From: an uncultured Bacilli bacterium
GTDB lineage: Bacteria; Bacillota_I; Bacilli_A; RF39; UBA660
Direction: 5' to 3'
DNA length: 64,000 nt
NCBI GenBank assembly: GCA_934089275.1
Contig: CAKOJJ010000001.1
Span: forward strand, 49,918 to 113,917
A program made the translations under genes and the position numbers. Below, one piece after another: positions 29,740-40,497 of this stretch (positions within the stretch are counted from its first letter, which is position 1; each line of letters begins with the position of its first letter). Below the pieces are notes generated by a model. It had not been told where the DNA came from. It saw only the letters and a list, made by a program, of their open reading frames with translations, and did no database searches.

Positions 29740-30839
29740 AAAAAGTAGAAGAAATCAAAACTTTTGATGAAAGAAAAAAAGAACTAATTGAAGAAGGACA
29801 AAAGAAAGGGTTTATTACATTTGAAGAACTAGCTAAAGCTTTACAAGGTCTTGATATGGATGCTGATTCGCTAGACCAATTATATAATAGTTTTGTAGAA
29901 GCTGGAATAAGCGTTATAACAGAAGATGAAGCATCAAGTTCAGAAAACGGATTAAAAAAAGAAGAAGAAGTAATCGTACTTGATGATGAAGATTTAACAA
30001 AAGATGTTAATATAAACGACCCAGTTCGTATGTACTTAAAAGAAATTGGACGTATATCTCTTTTAAGTCCTGAAGAAGAAATGGATTTATCAGTACGTGT
30101 AGCTAATGGAGATGAAGAAGCCAGAAATATTCTTGCCGAATCAAATCTACGTTTAGTTGTTTCAATTGCAAAAAGATATGTTGGACGTGGACTTTTATTC
30201 CTTGATTTAATTCAAGAAGGAAACATTGGTCTTATGAAAGCCGTAGAAAAATTCGACTTTGGTAAAGGGTATAAGTTCTCAACTTATGCTACTTGGTGGA
30301 TTAGACAAGCAATAACTCGTGCACTTGCAGATCAAGCAAGAACAATTCGTGTACCAGTACATATGGTAGAAACTATTAATAAAATGGCACGTATCCAAAG
30401 ACAAATGACACTTGAATTAAATCGTGAGCCAAGTGATGAAGAACTTGCTAAGAAAATGGGTATCAGCGTTGATAAAGTAAGAGAAGTTATAAAAATAAGT
30501 CAAGATCCAGTTTCTCTTGAAACTCCAATTGGTGAAGAAGATGATTCACACTTAGGTGATTTCATTAAAGATGAATCAAGTTTAAGTCCTGAAGAATATG
30601 CAACAAACGAAATCTTAAAAGAAGAAATTAAATCAGTATTATCCACACTTCAACCAAGAGAACAACAAGTACTAGAACTTCGATTTGGTTTAATTGACGG
30701 AACAAGTTATACTCTTGAAGAAGTTGGTAAAAGATTTAATGTTACAAGAGAAAGAATTCGTCAAATAGAAGCAAAAGCTTTAAGAAAATTGAGACATCCT
30801 TCTCGTGCAAAAAAACTAAAAGACTTTATGACAGACTAG
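29736..30839 (+). CDS. rpoD: RNA polymerase sigma factor SigA/RpoD
   Basis: Regions 2 to 4 are fully recognisable ([46 protein letters not shown]). Confidence 0.95.
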   Translation: MKKVEEIKTFDERKKELIEEGQKKGFITFEELAKALQGLDMDADSLDQLYNSFVEAGISVITEDEASSSENGLKKEEEVIVLDDEDLTKDVNINDPVRMYLKEIGRISLLSPEEEMDLSVRVANGDEEARNILAESNLRLVVSIAKRYVGRGLLFLDLIQEGNIGLMKAVEKFDFGKGYKFSTYATWWIRQAITRALADQARTIRVPVHMVETINKMARIQRQMTLELNREPSDEELAKKMGISVDKVREVIKISQDPVSLETPIGEEDDSHLGDFIKDESSLSPEEYATNEILKEEIKSVLSTLQPREQQVLELRFGLIDGTSYTLEEVGKRFNVTRERIRQIEAKALRKLRHPSRAKKLKDFMTD

Positions 30840-30858
30840 AAAAGAAGGAGGTGTATTT

Positions 30859-31509
30859 ATGTTAAGTTTAAGACTTTCGTCCCTTACAAAATTTGTAAAT
30901 TATAATGATAAAATAATCGATATTGGATGTGATCATGCATTGCTTGATATTTTTCTAGTGAAAAATGATTTAGTTAAAAGTATCATTGCATCTGACATTA
31001 ACTCTCAAGCCCTAGATTCAGGTATTAAAAACATCGAAAATGAAGGCTTAAGCGACAAAATAGATGCTCGTTTGGGTGACGGATTAAACGTTTTAACTGA
31101 AAAAGATAACATAGACACTGTAATAATTTCTGGTATGGGAACAAATACCATTATGGGAATCTTAAATAATGATTATTTAAAGAATATTAATAAATTAATA
31201 ATTCAATCCAATAATGATCATACAATGTTAAGAAAATATGTAACTAAATTAGGATTTTTCATTAAAAGTGAAGAATATTTCCAAGACAATAAGAAAAATT
31301 ATATCAATATAGTATTTGTTCGTGGTAATAAAAAATACTCAAAAATAGATTTAACATACGGACCAATACTTAAACATAATAAACCTTATTTAGAGTTTGA
31401 AATAAATAATATTGAAAAAATTGAAGGATTAATTCCTAAAAATAAAATATTATTACATCTTCGATTAAAAAAAGAGAAAAGAGTGCTTAATAAATTGCTT
31501 AGAAAGTAG
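30859..31509 (+). CDS. trmK: tRNA (adenine22-N1)-methyltransferase
   Basis: SAM-binding IIDIGCDHALL and conserved position after sigA (matches YqfN/TrmK). Confidence 0.7.
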   Translation: MLSLRLSSLTKFVNYNDKIIDIGCDHALLDIFLVKNDLVKSIIASDINSQALDSGIKNIENEGLSDKIDARLGDGLNVLTEKDNIDTVIISGMGTNTIMGILNNDYLKNINKLIIQSNNDHTMLRKYVTKLGFFIKSEEYFQDNKKNYINIVFVRGNKKYSKIDLTYGPILKHNKPYLEFEINNIEKIEGLIPKNKILLHLRLKKEKRVLNKLLRK

Positions 31510-31576
31510 ATAACTACTTTCTTTTTTATGGAGAAATTTGATCTTTTTTGATATAATTTTTCATAGGTGAAGAAAA

Positions 31577-33373
31577 ATGGATATAAATCACATTAGAAAC
31601 TTTAGTATTATTGCTCATATCGATCATGGTAAAAGTACACTCGCTGATAGAATTTTAGAGTTAACAGGTGCTGTATCAAGTCATGATATGAAAGATCAAC
31701 TTCTAGATAGCATGGATCTTGAGCGTGAAAGAGGTATTACAATCAAGCTTAACGCGGTTGAACTTAAATATAATTATGAAGGTGAAGAATATATATTACA
31801 TTTAATTGATACTCCAGGACATGTCGATTTTTCATATGAAGTCTCACGTAGTTTAGCAGCATGTGAAGGTGCGATTCTTATAGTTGATGCTGCTCAAGGA
31901 ATTGAAGCTCAAACTCTTGCCAATCTTTATCTTGCGATGAATAATGATTTAACCATTATTCCTGTAATAAATAAGATTGATTTACCTAATGCTGATGTTG
32001 AGAAGGTAACAAATGAACTTGTTAATGTTTTAGGTTTTAATCGTGATGAAATTCTTTTATGTAGTGGTAAGACAGGTGTTGGAGTTAAAGAATTGCTTGA
32101 TGCTATAGTTAAACGTATTCCTGCTCCAAAAGAACCGGTTGATCACGAAACTAAAGCCATGATTTTTGATTCTTACTTTGATCCATATCGAGGCGTTATT
32201 GCATCTGTTCGTGTATTTGATGGAAAAATAAAGAAAAGCGATACTATAAAAATGATGTCAACAGGAGCGACTTATGAAGTAGTTGAACTTGGTGTATCAA
32301 CTCCTAAAACCAAAGAACTTTCTGAACTAGTAAGTGGTCAAGTAGGTTGGATTAATGCGAGTATTAAAACAATCGATACTGTTAAAGTTGGTGATACAAT
32401 TACAACTTTGTCTCACGAAGCAAAAACACCACTTCCAGGATACCAACCAATGAAACCAATGGTTTATTCAGGACTTTTCCCAATCGAACCAAATAAGTTT
32501 GAACCATTAAAAGAAGCTTTAGAAAAGCTAAAACTAAATGATGCATCCTTAGAATTTGAACCAGAGACATCTGAAGCTTTAGGATTTGGTTTCCGTTGTG
32601 GCTTTTTAGGACTTCTTCATATGGAAATAATTGAAGAACGTATCGAAAGAGAATTTGGAATAGATATTATTACAACCTCGCCATCAGTTATTTATGAAGT
32701 AAAATTAACTAATGGTGAAGTTATTTCTGTTGATTCTCCTTCAAAAATGCCAGAACGAGTTAAAATAGCTGAAATTAGAGAACCATATATAGAAACTAAT
32801 ATTTTTGTTCCAAGCGAATATATCGGAGCTATTATGGAATTATGTCAAGATAAAAGAGGAATCTATAAATCAATGGATTATATAAATGATACTCGTGTAA
32901 ACATCCATTATGAAATACCTTTATCAGAAATCGTATATGATTTCTATGACAGATTAAAATCTACTACTAAAGGTTATGCTTCTTTTGATTATGAAATTGT
33001 TGGATATAAAGCAAGTGATTTAGTAAAAATGGATATTTTAATCAACGGAGAAATAGTTGACGCTTTATCATTAATTGTTCATAAAGACTTTGCTTATACA
33101 AGAGGTAGAAAGATCGTTGAGAATCTAAAAGAAATCATACCTCGCCAATTATTTCAAGTTCCAATTCAAGCAAGTGTAGGATCAAAAGTAATTGCTCGTG
33201 AAAATATCAGTCAAATGAAGAAAAACGTTTTAGCAAAATGTTATGGTGGAGATATTTCCCGTAAAAGAAAACTTCTTGAGAAACAAAAAGAAGGGAAAAA
33301 GAGAATGAAGATGGTCGGAAATGTTGAAATACCACCAGAAGCCTTCTTAAGTGTTTTAAAAACTGAAAAATAA
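31577..33373 (+). CDS. lepA: elongation factor 4
   Basis: [17 protein letters not shown] GTPase motif and a LepA C-terminal domain. Confidence 0.95.
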   Translation: MDINHIRNFSIIAHIDHGKSTLADRILELTGAVSSHDMKDQLLDSMDLERERGITIKLNAVELKYNYEGEEYILHLIDTPGHVDFSYEVSRSLAACEGAILIVDAAQGIEAQTLANLYLAMNNDLTIIPVINKIDLPNADVEKVTNELVNVLGFNRDEILLCSGKTGVGVKELLDAIVKRIPAPKEPVDHETKAMIFDSYFDPYRGVIASVRVFDGKIKKSDTIKMMSTGATYEVVELGVSTPKTKELSELVSGQVGWINASIKTIDTVKVGDTITTLSHEAKTPLPGYQPMKPMVYSGLFPIEPNKFEPLKEALEKLKLNDASLEFEPETSEALGFGFRCGFLGLLHMEIIEERIEREFGIDIITTSPSVIYEVKLTNGEVISVDSPSKMPERVKIAEIREPYIETNIFVPSEYIGAIMELCQDKRGIYKSMDYINDTRVNIHYEIPLSEIVYDFYDRLKSTTKGYASFDYEIVGYKASDLVKMDILINGEIVDALSLIVHKDFAYTRGRKIVENLKEIIPRQLFQVPIQASVGSKVIARENISQMKKNVLAKCYGGDISRKRKLLEKQKEGKKRMKMVGNVEIPPEAFLSVLKTEK

Positions 33374-33377
33374 TACA

Positions 33378-33409
33378 CAAGAATAAATAAAACAATATTC
33401 TTGTTTTTT
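33378..33409 (+). terminator. rho-independent terminator
   Basis: 8-bp stem caagaata/tattcttg followed by a T6 run. Confidence 0.75.
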
Positions 33410-33447
33410 GTTGTATTTTAGTATAAAATTTTATTGTAGGTGATGAT

Positions 33448-34530
33448 ATGGAAGCAGTATATGTACATATTCCTTTTTGCAATCATATATGTTCTTATTG
33501 TGATTTTCCAAAAGTATTAAAAATTGATTCCTTTGTAAGTGATTATTTGGAAGCCTTAAGAAAAGAAATAGAAAGCAGTTATGATGGAGAACGAATTAAA
33601 ACTTTGTATATTGGAGGAGGAACTCCTTCATGTTTGTCAAGAAAAGAAAGAATTCGCTTACTTCGCACTTTAGAGATATTTAATCGAGATCCTGATTGCG
33701 AATACACAATTGAAGTTAATCCTAGAGATATCGACGATGAATTTTTAGATGATATTATTGAATATGGAGTTAACCGTATAAGTATTGGTATTGAGTCTTT
33801 TGACCCTAATAATTTAAACATACTTGAAAGAGAATGTGAATATAGTGATATTGAAGAAAAGTTAAAGAAAATGAGACTTAGAGGTCTTACAAATATTAAT
33901 CTTGATTTAATGTATGCAATACCTGGTGAAAAACTAAGTGTATTAAAAAAAGACATAAATAAATTACTAAAACTTAATCCAACTCATATTTCAACTTATT
34001 CTTTGATATTAGAAGACCATACTAAAATGAAGATTAATGGTGAAGAATACATAAGTGAGGATTTAGATTTTAAGATGTATAACACCATATGTAAACACTT
34101 AAAAAATGCAGGATACGAACATTATGAAGTAAGTAATTTTGCCAAGCCAGGATATAAATCTATCCACAATTTAAATTATTGGAACAATGGGGAATACTAT
34201 GGCTTTGGTCTTGGTGCAAGTGGTTATAAAGACGGATTTAGATATACTAACACAAGAAGTATTCACGAATATATAAATGGAAATTATCGTCAAGAAGAAA
34301 ATCTTCTTACCCATAAAGATCAAATGGATAACGAAATCATGTTGGGTCTTAGAAAACTAGAAGGTATAAATGTAGATGAATTTTTTAATAAGTATAACGT
34401 TAATATTCAAGACGAATATCCAGTACAAGAACTGATAAATAAAGGTGAATTAATATATAAAAACGGATATTTATTTGTTAATCCAAATATGATATACGTT
34501 ATGAATGAGATCTTAGTTAAACTTATTTGA
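33448..34530 (+). CDS. hemW: radical SAM heme chaperone HemW (HemN-like)
   Basis: HIPFCNHICSYCDF radical-SAM motif and synteny after lepA. Confidence 0.85.
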   Translation: MEAVYVHIPFCNHICSYCDFPKVLKIDSFVSDYLEALRKEIESSYDGERIKTLYIGGGTPSCLSRKERIRLLRTLEIFNRDPDCEYTIEVNPRDIDDEFLDDIIEYGVNRISIGIESFDPNNLNILERECEYSDIEEKLKKMRLRGLTNINLDLMYAIPGEKLSVLKKDINKLLKLNPTHISTYSLILEDHTKMKINGEEYISEDLDFKMYNTICKHLKNAGYEHYEVSNFAKPGYKSIHNLNYWNNGEYYGFGLGASGYKDGFRYTNTRSIHEYINGNYRQEENLLTHKDQMDNEIMLGLRKLEGINVDEFFNKYNVNIQDEYPVQELINKGELIYKNGYLFVNPNMIYVMNEILVKLI

Positions 34531-34600
34531 TATTGATAAAATAATATATATTTGCTATAATCAAAATACAATAATTAAGAATAGAAAAGTAGGGAAAATT

Positions 34601-36175
34601 ATGAATAAATTTTTTAAAAGAGTAATCTGTGGAGGATTAATTATCGGAAGTACGCTCCCAATGATTACTCATGCTGCATCCTTAGAATTTGGCACATTTA
34701 CAACAGACGTAGGTGAAACTCGCATACCAATAAGCATTAAACTTTCAGACGATGAAACAGTTAATAATGTCACTTTAGTTAGTTGTGAAACAAATGTAGC
34801 AGCTGTTAGTTGTGACTTTAAAGTGTCTGGTACAGGAATTATTTCCAACAATAGTGCCAGCGGGACAGTTATAACTTATCCAAATGAAGCTAATGAGTCA
34901 TCTTTTCCAGCCAATGCAGCAACTGCTTTAGGAAATGTAATACTTACTAATTCTAGTGAGGAAAAATATACCGATGTAATAGCTAAAATAACTTATAAAG
35001 TTAATGGCAATCTATTCAGTGTTGATACTAAAAAATACATTGTAAATGGCAAGAAACCTAAAAGCGACGATGCCACTTTAAAAAGTGTTACAATTTCACA
35101 AGGAAGTATGAATCCAACATTTAATAAAGATGTATTTGAATATACAATATTTGATATAGCCGACACAATAAACTCTATTAAATTCTCAGTAGAATGTAAT
35201 GATGGAGCTTGTGAGATTTCTTATGAAGGTGGTAAAAGTAGAAGCTCTTCCACGGGTAAAACATCAACAATCACTTTGAATCAAGGTGATAATGATATTA
35301 GAATAACGGTAAGAAGCGAAAGCGGCAAAACAACCAACGTTTATACTTTTAAAACGATACGTGGTGAAAGTGCTTATAACAGTCCAAACCTTTCAAGATT
35401 AAGTGTAGGTATTTATACAATGGAACCAGCTTTCGTAGCTAATAATTACGAATATAGAATAACAGTTCCAAATAAAATATCTTCAACTGCTGGTTTAATT
35501 GAATTTACTCCAGTTGACTCAAATGCTAAAGTAATTGTTGACGATGTAACTGAATTAAAAGTTGGAGAAAATATTATAAACATTGTTGTTACTAATGTAT
35601 TAGGTGATGATGCTAAAACTTATAAACTTATAATTACTAGATTAAGTGATGATGACATTGATGTAACCGCATATTTAAATAATAAAGTAACATTCACTAA
35701 TGGGAATGGTGCTGAAGTAACATTATCATTCACTGATTTTAAATTACAATATCCAGAGGAAGCCCAAAAAATTGAAGATGGAACTTATAAATTTGACGAT
35801 AATGGAAAAAGAATTCATGATGAGATAGTAGAAGATGATAAGAAAGACAAATCTAAAAACAATAAAATTGTTTTAATAGTAGTCCTTGTCTTTATAGTTC
35901 TTGCAATTATTGCTATTTCTGGAATCTTGCTATTTAGAAAGAAAAAACCAGAACTTCCAAAAAACAAAGAAAAAAGCGAAGAAGAAAATAAGGAAGACGA
36001 AAATATAGAAGAAATCAATCAAACAGAAGAAATTGATGAAACTGGCCTTGAAGAAGAAGTAATTGGTGAAAACTTCTCAAAAGATAAAGATGCAACAATC
36101 GATATCGACGAAGCATTAAATGACCTTATGAATACTAAACAATACGAATTAAATAAAGATGAGGATGATAAATAA
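34601..36175 (+). CDS. secreted, membrane-anchored surface protein with cadherin-like beta-sandwich repeats
   Basis: Sec signal peptide. LSRLSVGIYTMEPAFVANNYEYRITV-type modules. C-terminal TM helix plus an acidic, Lys-rich tail. Confidence 0.6.
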   Translation: MNKFFKRVICGGLIIGSTLPMITHAASLEFGTFTTDVGETRIPISIKLSDDETVNNVTLVSCETNVAAVSCDFKVSGTGIISNNSASGTVITYPNEANESSFPANAATALGNVILTNSSEEKYTDVIAKITYKVNGNLFSVDTKKYIVNGKKPKSDDATLKSVTISQGSMNPTFNKDVFEYTIFDIADTINSIKFSVECNDGACEISYEGGKSRSSSTGKTSTITLNQGDNDIRITVRSESGKTTNVYTFKTIRGESAYNSPNLSRLSVGIYTMEPAFVANNYEYRITVPNKISSTAGLIEFTPVDSNAKVIVDDVTELKVGENIINIVVTNVLGDDAKTYKLIITRLSDDDIDVTAYLNNKVTFTNGNGAEVTLSFTDFKLQYPEEAQKIEDGTYKFDDNGKRIHDEIVEDDKKDKSKNNKIVLIVVLVFIVLAIIAISGILLFRKKKPELPKNKEKSEEENKEDENIEEINQTEEIDETGLEEEVIGENFSKDKDATIDIDEALNDLMNTKQYELNKDEDDK

Positions 36176-36193
36176 GCAACTCATCTTTTTTTT
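36157..36193 (+). terminator. rho-independent terminator
   Basis: agatgag/ctcatct stem followed by a T8 run. Confidence 0.65.
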
Positions 36194-36225
36194 ACTTTAA
36201 TTCGCGATATTTTTTAGAAAATTTC

Positions 36226-36254
36226 TTGCACTAATCTAAAAAGTGTATTATAAT
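36226..36254 (+). promoter_or_regulatory. sigma-A promoter of rpsU
   Basis: TTGCAC-N17-TATAAT. Confidence 0.6.
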
Positions 36255-36283
36255 ACTATTGAAATTGAGAGGAGGGAAGCAAA

Positions 36284-36472
36284 ATGACAAAGGTTGATGT
36301 TAAAAATGGTGATATTAATTCAGCATTAAGAAGATTCAAACTTAAAGTGGCAAAGAGTGGTGTCCCTTCTGAACTTAAAAAACATAAACATTATGACAAA
36401 CCAGGAGTTAGAAAACGTGAAGCCAAAAAAGAAATGATTAAAAATTCACGTAAAAGAAATAGAAGAGGATAA
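36284..36472 (+). CDS. rpsU: 30S ribosomal protein S21
   Basis: ALRRFKLKVAKSG...HYDKPGVRKREAKKE matches the S21 pattern; 62 aa. Confidence 0.85.
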   Translation: MTKVDVKNGDINSALRRFKLKVAKSGVPSELKKHKHYDKPGVRKREAKKEMIKNSRKRNRRG

Positions 36473-36485
36473 TTCCTCTTTTTAA
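36463..36485 (+). terminator. terminator/attenuator after rpsU
   Basis: aagagga/tcctctt hairpin followed by a T5 run. Confidence 0.55.
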
Positions 36486-36503
36486 TTTAAAGGAGAATAA
36501 AAT

Positions 36504-36941
36504 ATGTTTGATAAAATTAAAGCTGACCTACTTACTTCTATGAAAGAACAAGATAAATTTAAACTAGGAGTTCTTAGAATGTTAAAAAGTGCCCTTCAAA
36601 TGGAACAAATAAATGTTGGACATGATTTAACTGACGAAGAAACTTTAAATGTTATTAGAAGAGAAGTAAAGAAAAGAAATTCATCGATTCTAGAATATGA
36701 AAAATTCGGAAAAACAGAAACGATTAATGATTTAAAACATGAGATTGAAATACTAGAATCTTATCTACCTGCTATGTTAAGCGATGAAGAAGTTGAAAAG
36801 ATAATAGATGAAGTTATAGGAACTTTTGAAAATCCTGATATCAAATCAATGGGAAAAATAATTTCTTTAGTTAAAGAAAAAACAAACGGCAATGCCGATA
36901 TGAGTAAAGTATCTGCAATGGTTAAAGGAAGACTTTCATAA
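36504..36941 (+). CDS. GatB/YqeY domain protein
   Basis: YqeY-family pattern and rpsU-yqeY synteny. Confidence 0.75.
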   Translation: MFDKIKADLLTSMKEQDKFKLGVLRMLKSALQMEQINVGHDLTDEETLNVIRREVKKRNSSILEYEKFGKTETINDLKHEIEILESYLPAMLSDEEVEKIIDEVIGTFENPDIKSMGKIISLVKEKTNGNADMSKVSAMVKGRLS

Positions 36942-36951
36942 GTCTTTTTTA
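36930..36951 (+). terminator. rho-independent terminator
   Basis: agactt/aagtct hairpin followed by a T6 run. Confidence 0.6.
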
Positions 36952-37022
36952 TTTTAAAAAACATATTCTTTATTGTGCGGAAAAAGTGTATAATAATATT
37001 AATTTAGAAATTTGGTGAAGCT

Positions 37023-40000
37023 ATGTTAGAAATAAAAAATATTACAAAAATTTATAAGACATATGGTCTTGAACAAAAAGCTTTGGATAAAGTAAGTATA
37101 AATTTTAGAAAATCAGAATTTGTATCTATTTTAGGCCCAAGTGGAAGTGGTAAAACAACTCTTCTTAATATAATAGGAGGACTTGATAAATATACATCAG
37201 GAGATTTAGTTATAAATGGTGTGAGTACTAAAAAGTATAATGATCGTGACTGGGATACATATCGTAATCATAAGGTTGGTTTTGTTTTTCAAAGCTATAA
37301 TTTGATTACTCATCAAACAGTTTTAAAAAACGTTGAGCTTGCACTTACTTTATCCGGTGTATCTAAAAAAGTTATAAGAGAAAAAGCTATTAAGGTTCTT
37401 GATGCTGTTGGTTTATCTAAACACATCAATAAAAAACCTAATCAATTATCCGGTGGTCAAATGCAAAGAGTTGCTATAGCACGTGCACTTGTTAATGATC
37501 CCGATATTATTTTAGCTGATGAACCAACAGGCGCATTGGATTCTGATACTTCTGTTCAAATAATGGAATTATTAAAAAATATCTCCAAAAATAAACTTGT
37601 TATTATGGTTACTCATAATCCAGAATTAGCCCAAAACTATTCTAGTAGAATTATTAATATTAAAGACGGTAAACTTTTAAGTGATACAAATCCATATGAT
37701 TATAAAAAAGAGGAAAAAGATAACCGAGTATTAAAGAAAACTAAAATGTCATTTTTTACAGCTTTAACGCTTTCATTTAATAACTTAATGACTAAAAAAG
37801 GAAGAACTATACTTGTGTCCATTGCTGGCTCAATTGGTATAATCGGTATTGCTTTAATATTAGCTGTATCTACCGGATTTCAAAATTATGTTGATTCTAT
37901 ACAAGAAGATACTTTAACTTCATATCCACTTACTATTATGCAAGAATCTTCTGATATTACAAGCATTCTTTTGTCGATGAGAAGTGGTGAAAAAAGTAGT
38001 GAGTCAACTGACGAAGTAACTGAAGAACAATATATAACAAATATGTTATCAAGTGTAAGCACAAATGATTTAAAAAGTTTTAAATCATATTTAGAAAAAA
38101 ATATGAATGAAATAAAAGACGATGTAGCTAATATTCAATATTCTTACAGTGTTGATCCTAATATTTATACAATTGATGCAACTAAAAAACTTTCTAAAGT
38201 GAATCCAAGCAATCTATTTACATCGATGATGGGAGGTAATGCATTAATCTCGTCATATTCATCTATGGCAAGTGTTTATTCTAGTATGGTGGATGACATA
38301 AGTGAGGTAACTAAAGATTATGATGTTCTTGCTGGACATTGGCCAACAGCATATGATGAGATGGTAATCGTTTTATCAGAGAAGAATACTATATCTGATT
38401 TGTTAGTGTATTCTTTAGGTTTAAGAGATACAAGCGAATTATCTAAGATGGTTAATTCTATCATGAGTGGAGAAGAAGTTGATATTAACCATGATCCATT
38501 AAAGTTTTCTTATGAAGATTTAATGGGAGTTGATTTAAGATTAGTTCTTCCAACTGATACATATAAATACAATAAAAAATATGATGTGTATGAAGATATG
38601 TCTGAAGATGAAACGTTCATGAAAAAAGTATATGAAAAAGCAACAAAATTAAAAATAGTTGGTGTTGTAAGTGCAAAAGAAGGAGTAACATCTACTTCTC
38701 TTAACCCAGGAGTTGTTTATACCAACGCTTTAATAGATTACATTATCAATCAAACAAAGAACACTGAAATTGTAAAAAAGCAATTAAAAAATTCAGAAAT
38801 TGATGTTTTTTCTGGAAATCGTTTTGATAAAGAAAACAACAAATATGATTTCTCATTTGAAGATTTAGTTAAAGTAGATGAAGAAAAGCTAAAAAATGCT
38901 TTTGGTGGTAAAATCGATTCCTCAGCAATTGAAAATAAAACTAAAAAAGCGATAAGTGAAATAGAAAGTTCTATAAGTGTTGATACAACTCCAGCAAAAA
39001 CTTTATTTGAAAGTAATTTAAAAACATTTATGAATGATGTTTTAAGTGTAGATTTCCAAGAGGATAAGATAGATGAACTTGTAAATAGTTACTTTAATAA
39101 AGAAGATGTTACATCCAAACTAAAGAATATGGAAAAAACATATTTAATACCAGTAGATACTTTAAAAAGTTCTTATAGTGCTTTAATAAAAGGTTTATTG
39201 AATGCATATTCTAGTGCATATAAAGTATATTTAAGCGGAGTAGGAAAAAACTTCGATGGAGAAGTATTAATAATAAATGATTTAAAAAATACGGTTATAT
39301 CTTCTTATCTTGAAAGTGCATTAATCAATGAAACTGAAGAAAAATTTGCGAATCTAATGACTGAAGCTAAAGTTAAAAGTGAAGTCCTAACTAAAGTTGG
39401 AAATCTAACAACTGAGTTAGCTAACAGTTTTGCGTCCTCATTTAATATTGATGCAAGCAAAATCGCATCCGCTTTTACACTTAATTTCAGTGAAGACGAA
39501 CTTACTCGTGTTGTAAGTGCCATGATGAGTAAAACTGAAACAACTCAAAAAACAAATCTCATAAAGTTGGGCTATCAAGATAAAGAAGAACCAACATACA
39601 TATCTTTTTATTTCAACAGTTTTGATGGAAAAGAACATTTCTTATCATTTATAGATGAATATAACAAAAAGAGTGATGAAGATAAAAAAATAAATTATTC
39701 AGATACAACAGGTATTCTTATGTCTTCAGTAAAAACTATTGTAAATGCAGTAAGTTATGTATTGATAGCATTCGTTTCTATTTCTCTTGTTGTATCAAGC
39801 ATCATGATAGGAGTAATAACTTACATTTCTGTTTATGAAAGAACAAAAGAAATTGGTATATTAAGAGCTATTGGAGCATCTAAAGGAAATATATCTTCAA
39901 TATTCAATGCTGAAACATTTATTATTGGACTTTTATCGGGTCTTTTTGGAATAGGTATATCTTACGCATTTATTCCAATAATAAACTCGGTTATTCATCA

Positions 40001-40154
40001 TTTTACAGGTAATATTCCACTTTCAGCAACATTAAATATAAATCATGCTCTTATATTAGTTGCTTTATCGATTATATTAACTTTAATCGGAGGACTTATA
40101 CCAGCAAAATCAGCATCTAAAAAAGATCCAGTAGAAGCTTTAAGAAGTGAATAG
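37023..40154 (+). CDS. fused ABC transporter ATP-binding/permease protein (MacB/FtsX type)
   Basis: N-terminal ABC ATPase (GPSGSGKTTLLNIIGG, LSGGQMQRVAIARAL, ILADEPTGALD), a large extracytoplasmic middle region, and a C-terminal FtsX-like 4-TM domain. Confidence 0.85.
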   Translation: MLEIKNITKIYKTYGLEQKALDKVSINFRKSEFVSILGPSGSGKTTLLNIIGGLDKYTSGDLVINGVSTKKYNDRDWDTYRNHKVGFVFQSYNLITHQTVLKNVELALTLSGVSKKVIREKAIKVLDAVGLSKHINKKPNQLSGGQMQRVAIARALVNDPDIILADEPTGALDSDTSVQIMELLKNISKNKLVIMVTHNPELAQNYSSRIINIKDGKLLSDTNPYDYKKEEKDNRVLKKTKMSFFTALTLSFNNLMTKKGRTILVSIAGSIGIIGIALILAVSTGFQNYVDSIQEDTLTSYPLTIMQESSDITSILLSMRSGEKSSESTDEVTEEQYITNMLSSVSTNDLKSFKSYLEKNMNEIKDDVANIQYSYSVDPNIYTIDATKKLSKVNPSNLFTSMMGGNALISSYSSMASVYSSMVDDISEVTKDYDVLAGHWPTAYDEMVIVLSEKNTISDLLVYSLGLRDTSELSKMVNSIMSGEEVDINHDPLKFSYEDLMGVDLRLVLPTDTYKYNKKYDVYEDMSEDETFMKKVYEKATKLKIVGVVSAKEGVTSTSLNPGVVYTNALIDYIINQTKNTEIVKKQLKNSEIDVFSGNRFDKENNKYDFSFEDLVKVDEEKLKNAFGGKIDSSAIENKTKKAISEIESSISVDTTPAKTLFESNLKTFMNDVLSVDFQEDKIDELVNSYFNKEDVTSKLKNMEKTYLIPVDTLKSSYSALIKGLLNAYSSAYKVYLSGVGKNFDGEVLIINDLKNTVISSYLESALINETEEKFANLMTEAKVKSEVLTKVGNLTTELANSFASSFNIDASKIASAFTLNFSEDELTRVVSAMMSKTETTQKTNLIKLGYQDKEEPTYISFYFNSFDGKEHFLSFIDEYNKKSDEDKKINYSDTTGILMSSVKTIVNAVSYVLIAFVSISLVVSSIMIGVITYISVYERTKEIGILRAIGASKGNISSIFNAETFIIGLLSGLFGIGISYAFIPIINSVIHHFTGNIPLSATLNINHALILVALSIILTLIGGLIPAKSASKKDPVEALRSE

Positions 40155-40207
40155 GAGGTAAATATGCTAATATATAAAAAAAACCAATCAAAAAACATCT
40201 TTTTCAA

Positions 40208-40231
40208 ATAACACAAAAGTGTTATTTTTTC
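40208..40231 (+). terminator. rho-independent terminator
   Basis: ataacac/gtgttat hairpin followed by a T6 run. Confidence 0.65.
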
Positions 40232-40263
40232 ATGCATTTTCATATTATTTATTGGTGATATTT

Positions 40264-40497
40264 ATGTTTGATATAATACGTTCGTATTTTAAAGATGAAA
40301 AATATTATGTAGTTTTGTTCAATGATGGTATTTATATTAAAAACTATAATAACATTTTATCTTTAACCGAAAATGAGATACTCGTTAATATAAACGAATC
40401 TATTTACAAAATAAAAGGGAAACATTTTGTATTATCTAAAACTGTTGGTCATGAACTTGTTGTGAATGGGTGTATAGAAAGCATAGATAAAATATGA
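40264..40497 (+). CDS. YabP/YqfC family protein
   Basis: The beta-rich pattern LVNINESIYKIKGKHFVLSKTVGHELVVNGCIESI resembles B. subtilis YqfC/YabP. Start set at the ATG at 40264, which follows GGTGA. Confidence 0.55.
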   Translation: MFDIIRSYFKDEKYYVVLFNDGIYIKNYNNILSLTENEILVNINESIYKIKGKHFVLSKTVGHELVVNGCIESIDKI

